Assembly: GCA_034722955.1 (NCBI GenBank)
Contig: JAYEOM010000024.1
Coordinates: forward strand, 1-22,380
DNA length: 22,380 nucleotides
Direction of reading: 5' to 3'
Source: Campylobacterota bacterium
Lineage (GTDB): Bacteria; Campylobacterota; Campylobacteria; Campylobacterales; Sulfurovaceae
Shown: positions 17,672-22,380 of the stretch, piece by piece
How positions within the stretch are numbered: position 1 is the stretch's first letter
How the letters are laid out: each line of letters begins with the position of its first letter
Position numbers and translations under genes: made by a program
The notes under the pieces: generated by a model
Seen by the model: only the letters and a program-made list of their open reading frames with translations
Told to the model about the DNA's origin: nothing
Databases searched by the model: none

Positions 17672-18964
17672 GTGAAGATTTTTTATAGCAGTGATGAGGG
17701 TTTTGATGCCCATTTTGCAGAGCTTCTCCAGCGAGGAAAGATGGATATCGATGGGGTGACAGGTATTGTCCAGACTATCCTGAGTGATATCAGGGCAGAG
17801 GGGAATATCGCACTCAAGCGAGATATTGCCAAGTTTGACCATTGGGAAGTCAAATCTGATGCAGAGCTGATGGTCTCTACAGAGGCGATGCGAGAGGCGT
17901 ATGACAGTATCGATGATACCCTTCGTGATGCACTGCATTTAGCTTATGATCGTATAGAGTCTTATCACCAAGATTTGATGCCAAAATCATGGTTTGATTT
18001 TGAAAGAAATGGATCGATACTAGGACAAAAAGTGACACCTGTAGATAGTGCAGGACTCTATATCCCCGGTGGTAAAGCGGCATACCCTAGCTCACTGCTG
18101 ATGAACGCAATCCCGGCTATAGTAGCAGGTGTAGAGGAGATAGTCGTATGTACCCCAACACCAGATAGCCAGATCAATGAGCTGCTGTTAGCCGCCTGCC
18201 ACCTATGCAGAGTCACCAAAGTCTTCAAGGTTGGCGGAGCTTCTGCGATAGCAGCGATGGCTTATGGGACGGAGACGATCCCAAAGGTAGATGTGATCAC
18301 GGGACCGGGCAATATATTTGTAGCAACTGCCAAAAAGCTGGTCTATGGTGAAGTCAATATCGATATGATCGCAGGTCCTAGTGAGATCGGTATACTAGCA
18401 GATGAGAGTGCTAGAGCAGATTTCCTAGCGATAGATCTGCTCTCTCAGGCGGAACATGATGAGATGGCAAGCTCTATCCTCATCACCACAGATAGTGAGC
18501 TGGCCAATAGAGTAAATGATCAAGTTGAACTCTATCTAGGCACTCTATCTAGAGAAGAGATTGCCCGAAAGTCGATCGAAGATAGAGGGGCTATCATAGT
18601 GACTGATACGATGGATGAAGCGATCGACCTCATGAATGATATCGCACCGGAACACTTGGAAGTCATGACTGCTACTCCTATGGAGCTTTTGCCAAAGATC
18701 AAACATGCTGGTGCGATTTTCCTAGGTGCATATACACCTGAACCTATCGGTGACTATATCGCAGGCCCTAACCATACTCTGCCTACCGGCGGTACAGCGA
18801 AGTTCTACTCTCCCCTGAGTGTGGAGAATTTCTTGAAAAAATCATCTATCATCTCGATGAGTCGTCAGGGGATTGATGAGATCGGTGAAGCTTGTGCTCT
18901 GATCGCCAATACAGAGGGGTTGACAGCACATGAAGAGTCTGTGCGTATACGAATGAGAAGCTAA
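17672..18964 (+). CDS. hisD: Histidinol dehydrogenase
   Basis: GLYIPGGKAAYPSS, GPGNIFVATAK, DMIAGPSE, SQAEHD, APEHLE, GDYIAGPNHTLPT; GTG start with AAGGA SD. Confidence 0.99.
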   Translation: MKIFYSSDEGFDAHFAELLQRGKMDIDGVTGIVQTILSDIRAEGNIALKRDIAKFDHWEVKSDAELMVSTEAMREAYDSIDDTLRDALHLAYDRIESYHQDLMPKSWFDFERNGSILGQKVTPVDSAGLYIPGGKAAYPSSLLMNAIPAIVAGVEEIVVCTPTPDSQINELLLAACHLCRVTKVFKVGGASAIAAMAYGTETIPKVDVITGPGNIFVATAKKLVYGEVNIDMIAGPSEIGILADESARADFLAIDLLSQAEHDEMASSILITTDSELANRVNDQVELYLGTLSREEIARKSIEDRGAIIVTDTMDEAIDLMNDIAPEHLEVMTATPMELLPKIKHAGAIFLGAYTPEPIGDYIAGPNHTLPTGGTAKFYSPLSVENFLKKSSIISMSRQGIDEIGEACALIANTEGLTAHEESVRIRMRS

Positions 18965-18998
18965 TCGGTAAGAGTATTAAATTTAAAGGTAGAAGAGT

Positions 18999-20531
18999 AT
19001 GAGAGCATTATTAAGCGTGAGTGACAAGAGTGGTATTGTAGAGTTTGCCAAAGGGTTGGAGTCTCAAGGTTGGGAGATCATCTCAACAGGTGGAACTTAT
19101 AAAAAGCTCAATGAGTCCGGTATCAAAGTCATAGAGATAGATGAGGTGACTAAATTTCCAGAGTGTTTTGAAGGACGAGTGAAGACACTCAACCCTTTTG
19201 TCCACGGTGGTATCCTGCACAAGCGTGGAGATGAGGGGCATGTGGTTCAGGCCAAAGAGCTGGGTGTAGAGGGGATAGATCTAGTATGTGTCAACCTCTA
19301 TCCATTCAAAGAGACGATAGAGCGAACAGATGATTTTGGTGATATTATAGAAAATATAGATATTGGCGGTCCGACGATGGTGCGTTCTGCAGCCAAGAAC
19401 TTCAATGATGTCTTGATCGTTACAGATGCCGATGATTATACTCCTGTACTTGAGGCACTAGAGAGCAGAAGAGACTCTTTAGAGTTTAGAAGAGACTTGA
19501 TGATCAAAGCATTTGAACATACGGCCGCTTATGATAGTATGATCGCCAACTATATGAACGGCAGGTTCAATGGCGGCTTTGGAGAGTACCAGTTTATCAC
19601 AGGAAAAAAATCTTTCCAGACTCGTTATGGAGAAAATCCTCATCAAAAGGGTGCACTCTATGAGTTTGACACTCATTTTAGTGATCACTTCAAACAACTC
19701 AAAGGTGAAGCGAGCTTCAACAATATCAATGATGTCAATGGTGCCTTGAAGATCGCATCAAGTTTTGGAGATGAAGCTGCTGTCTGTATCGTCAAACATG
19801 GTAACCCTTGTGGATTTGCGATCAAAGATGATCTCTTGTCATCATATACGGAGGCACTCAAGTGTGACCCTGTCTCTGCTTTTGGCGGTGTGGTCGCAGT
19901 CAATGGTATCGTTACCAAAGCATTGGCCCAGAAGATGAATGAGATATTTCTTGAAGTCGTTATGGCAGCTGACTTTGAGCCAGAAGCGTTGGAGGTATTT
20001 GAGAAGAAAAAAAGACTCAAGCTCTTTGCTCAGTGCGGAGAGAAGCTTGTGATGTCCAAAGATGCTTATGACTTCAAACATGTAGATGGTGGTTTTGTAT
20101 ATCAAAACTCAGACTGCATCTGTGACAATGAAGTCCACAATGCAGAGAAAAAGAGTGAACTTGCTGCCACCAAGCAGGAGTTGAAAGATTTGGAAATAGC
20201 TTGGAAAGTAGCAGGGCTTACGAAGTCTAACTGTGTAGTCTATGTCAAAAACTCTGCGATGGTAGCTGTAGGTATGGGTATGACCAGTCGTGTCGATGCA
20301 GCACAGTGTGCTCTCAAAAAAGCCAAAGAGATGGATATCGATGTGAGTGGTGCAGCGATGGCATCTGAAGCTTTCTTCCCATTCCGTGACTCTATCGATG
20401 CCGCCGCTACCGCAGGTGTCAAAGCGATCATAGAACCGGGTGGTTCTATCCGTGATGATGAGGTGATAGAGGCAGCCAATGAGCATGGTATTTCACTCTA
20501 CTTTACAACTGTAAGACACTTTTTGCATTGA
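18999..20531 (+). CDS. purH: Bifunctional AICAR transformylase/IMP cyclohydrolase
   Basis: [61 protein letters not shown]. Confidence 0.99.
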   Translation: MRALLSVSDKSGIVEFAKGLESQGWEIISTGGTYKKLNESGIKVIEIDEVTKFPECFEGRVKTLNPFVHGGILHKRGDEGHVVQAKELGVEGIDLVCVNLYPFKETIERTDDFGDIIENIDIGGPTMVRSAAKNFNDVLIVTDADDYTPVLEALESRRDSLEFRRDLMIKAFEHTAAYDSMIANYMNGRFNGGFGEYQFITGKKSFQTRYGENPHQKGALYEFDTHFSDHFKQLKGEASFNNINDVNGALKIASSFGDEAAVCIVKHGNPCGFAIKDDLLSSYTEALKCDPVSAFGGVVAVNGIVTKALAQKMNEIFLEVVMAADFEPEALEVFEKKKRLKLFAQCGEKLVMSKDAYDFKHVDGGFVYQNSDCICDNEVHNAEKKSELAATKQELKDLEIAWKVAGLTKSNCVVYVKNSAMVAVGMGMTSRVDAAQCALKKAKEMDIDVSGAAMASEAFFPFRDSIDAAATAGVKAIIEPGGSIRDDEVIEAANEHGISLYFTTVRHFLH

Positions 20532-20532
20532 T

Positions 20533-20889
20533 ATGAGACATTTTGATGATCAGCCAGAGGAGAAGGATCTCAGAGGATTTGTCTGGGCAGTATATGCTCT
20601 GCAACTCTTGACACTCTTCACTGGCGGACTCTCCTTCATAGTTGCCGGAGTGATCGCTTATCTAAAGTATGATGAGAGTATCGGCACGATGGAGCAGTCG
20701 CATTTTAGTTGGCAGGTCAAGACACTCTGGGTAGGTTTGACTGCAACTATTGTGGGAGTAGTACTGTTATTGATTTGGATCGGTACTATTGTACTCGGGT
20801 TGACACAGCTATGGATCGCCTATAGAGTTATCAAAGGTGGTTTTTATCTCTCTCAAAATAGAGAGATAAAAAATAGTGGATTTTTTTAG
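20533..20889 (+). CDS. Small membrane protein (DUF4870-like)
   Basis: VYAL...IAGVIAY, SHFSWQVKTLW, W..YRVIKG pattern; about three hydrophobic segments. Confidence 0.75.
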   Translation: MRHFDDQPEEKDLRGFVWAVYALQLLTLFTGGLSFIVAGVIAYLKYDESIGTMEQSHFSWQVKTLWVGLTATIVGVVLLLIWIGTIVLGLTQLWIAYRVIKGGFYLSQNREIKNSGFF

Positions 20890-20898
20890 GAGTATGAG

Positions 20899-21291
20899 AT
20901 GAGAAGAGTACTATTTGGATTGATGGTTATGGGATCACTTCTGTTTGCAGAGGTTCAGCATATCACCGCATCGGAGGATTTCCTGAAAAAAGGGATTACT
21001 GTGGTTGATATCCGTACTCCTGGAGAGTGGAGAGAGACTGGTATTGTGAAAGGTTCACATACGATTATGTTTTTTGATGAGCGTGGTGGATATGATGTAG
21101 ATAACTTTTTGATAGAACTCAACAGAGTTGTCAAAAAAGATGAACCTTTTGCTCTGATCTGCAGGACAGGTAGCCGTACAGCTATGATATCAGATTTTTT
21201 AGATAAAGATTTGGGCTACAGAGTTATAAATCTACAAGGCGGCATTATGAATCTTATGAGAAGCGGATACAAGACAACAGCATATAGGTGA
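20899..21291 (+). CDS. Exported single-domain rhodanese (sulfurtransferase-like)
   Basis: Signal peptide MRRVLFGLMVMGSLLFA; VDIRTPGEW..TG...GS, active loop CRTGSRT, NLQGGI; AGGAG SD. Confidence 0.9.
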   Translation: MRRVLFGLMVMGSLLFAEVQHITASEDFLKKGITVVDIRTPGEWRETGIVKGSHTIMFFDERGGYDVDNFLIELNRVVKKDEPFALICRTGSRTAMISDFLDKDLGYRVINLQGGIMNLMRSGYKTTAYR

Positions 21292-21386
21292 GAGTCTAAA
21301 ATCCCATTAGACTACTGTGGCGATGACAAAGCACCATAACCCCTACCGTGAATGGCACTAAATTAAGTAGAGAAAGTAGAGAGTAG

Positions 21387-21410
21387 AGGGGTCTGGTAAC
21401 AACTACAACT
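21387..21410 (+). repeat. 24-bp direct repeat, copy 1 (AGGGGTCTGGTAACAACTACAACT)
   Basis: 23/24 identical to 22045-22068. Confidence 0.9.
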
Positions 21411-21463
21411 CTTCCCCCTCACATTAAACATACGCTAATATAACCCAAAAAGGAAAGAGCATA

Positions 21464-21736
21464 ATGCCATACCTAAAACCTCTTTTGCTTCTCCTGCTCC
21501 TCACCCTAACCCTAACCGCCAACATCCCACCACCCATACAAAGCACAACTTACGACCCCACAGGAAACCTCTCCACCATCACCCACGCTAACAATACTAA
21601 AGAACACTATAGCTATGATGATCTCAATAGACTCACAGCTATCACGCCAGCACTCTCAAGTATGCCATCCCACCAAGTGATAAAACTCTCTCCAACCATT
21701 CACCCAAAACAAGATATAATCTCCCGTACCCTTTAG
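21464..21736 (+). pseudogene. Truncated Rhs/YD-repeat protein remnant with signal peptide
   Basis: AAGGA SD; hydrophobic signal peptide; two YD repeats (TYDPTGNLSTITHANN, YSYDDLNRLTAIT), then non-Rhs sequence and a stop at 90 aa. Confidence 0.75.
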
Positions 21737-21740
21737 GTAA

Positions 21741-21944
21741 ATGGGGTAGTGTTCTTTACTTTTGTTCTTTTTAGGGTTCGGGCTTGGAAATTATAGCGTG
21801 GGTGGTAAAAATTTAGAACAAGGGTACATAGTGGAAGTAATTTCAGTATTGGCTCTTATTGTTTCTGTAGCAAAAGTCACGATTATGTGGTGGAGTTATA
21901 GAGATTGTAAGAAAGCTAAAGAAACACAGACTAAGACAAAATAG
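21741..21944 (+). pseudogene. Small hydrophobic ORF remnant (possible membrane or immunity-like gene fragment)
   Basis: 60-aa ORF 21762-21944 with hydrophobic segments; an in-frame ATG at 21741 is followed by TAG at 21747-21749; a hairpin follows the stop. Confidence 0.35.
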
Positions 21945-21953
21945 TCTCACAAG

Positions 21954-21984
21954 ATGATAGGAATTCGCACTTCCTATCATTTCT
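21954..21984. terminator. Hairpin, probable intrinsic terminator
   Basis: ATGATAGGAA-ttcgcac-TTCCTATCAT, perfect 10-bp stem, 10 nt after the stop at 21944 and between convergent genes. Confidence 0.65.
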
Positions 21985-22044
21985 GTGTACCCTTTCCATA
22001 ATTGTACAACAAAAAGATTAAATCAAAATAAAAGTCATAAATTA

Positions 22045-22068
22045 AGGGGTCAGGTAACAACTACAACT
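22045..22068 (+). repeat. 24-bp direct repeat, copy 2 (AGGGGTCAGGTAACAACTACAACT)
   Basis: 23/24 identical to 21387-21410. Confidence 0.9.
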
Positions 22069-22240
22069 AAGTATTCATAATATATTGATGGTCCATACTT
22101 AGAGGATTGTCGGGTATTAAAAATATCAATTTTTCAAGTTCATAAGCAAAATTAATACTTGCACTAACTTTATCTTTGGCTATATAATTGACAATATGTA
22201 GTAATTGCTTTTCAAAAGTCTTTTTGTAGATTATTTGCAT
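22067..22240 (-). pseudogene. RelE/ParE-family toxin, frameshifted and truncated
   Basis: Manual translation: MQIIYKKTFEKQLLHIVNYIAKDKVSASINFAYELEKLIFLIPDNP matches the ParE-like N-terminal half (YIAKD..SA..F...L). The expected continuation KYGPSIYYE is in another frame and runs into the repeat. Confidence 0.75.
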
Positions 22241-22380
22241 TTAGTTATTTGTAGATTTTAGGTGCTGGTTTATATTGTTCCACAAATCATCATGTGAAAT
22301 CATTTCAGCTTTTCCGCTTTCTACTTCTTCTAAGTCTTGATGCAATTGTTTTTGTCGTTCATAAAAATATGGGTCAAGTT
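22241..22380 (-). CDS. Probable antitoxin, C-terminal part (partial)
   Basis: Manual translation ...LDPYFYERQKQLHQDLEEVESGKAEMISHDDLWNNINQHLKSTNN*; the stop directly abuts the toxin ATG; acidic ESGK..IS.D pattern typical of antitoxins upstream of RelE/ParE. Confidence 0.7.
   Translation of the reverse strand, partial: LDPYFYERQKQLHQDLEEVESGKAEMISHDDLWNNINQHLKSTNN

Noticed and set aside
229..20486. Many short ORFs antisense to or overlapping the main genes (e.g. 1910-2233, 3703-3993, 9662-10045, 9940-10266, 11621-11956, 17642-17938, 20109-20486)
   Set aside because: They overlap well-supported genes, have Ser/Ile/Leu-rich shadow-frame composition and show no recognisable motifs.
21293..21313. 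Hairpin AGTCTAA-N7-TTAGACT after the rhodanese gene
   Set aside because: AT-rich 7-bp stem with no U-tract; too weak to call a terminator.
21387..22068. 24-bp repeats as a CRISPR array or as Tn3-family terminal repeats (GGGGTCTG start)
   Set aside because: Only two copies 658 bp apart and no cas genes; they are in direct rather than inverted orientation, similarity to Tn3 ends stops after about 8 nt, and no transposase is present.

Overview
A chromosomal window from a Campylobacterota (epsilonproteobacterial) genome, probably a free-living Sulfurovum-like lineage; this is inferred from gene order, protein style and TATAAT/extended -10 promoters. Most of it is housekeeping: the tail of a probable waaA, an RluA-family pseudouridine synthase, the ffh-rpsP-khpA-rimM-trmD-rplS cluster, a convergent uvrD-truB-ispE-smpB operon (without the csrA found there in Campylobacter), a LysR regulator, pabC-like, dedA, a PLP deaminase/desulfhydrase, hisD, purH, a small membrane protein and an exported rhodanese. 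The most interesting part is an AT-rich three-gene minus-strand operon (11086-15061). It encodes a REC-PAS-HD-GYP phosphodiesterase, an SCO copper chaperone with intact CxxxC...H ligands, and a hybrid histidine kinase whose sensor is a His-rich, HtrVIII-like intramembrane domain. A perfect 24-bp palindrome precedes it. This is a candidate metal-cofactor-dependent O2/redox (or Cu) sensing circuit linked to cyclic dinucleotide turnover. Also notable: a possible unrecognised SspB-like adaptor, a degenerate sulfotransferase-like fusion protein, and a decaying variable region at the right end where two 24-bp direct repeats bracket an Rhs/YD remnant and abut a truncated RelE/ParE toxin. All calls come from motif recognition by eye; no searches were run.
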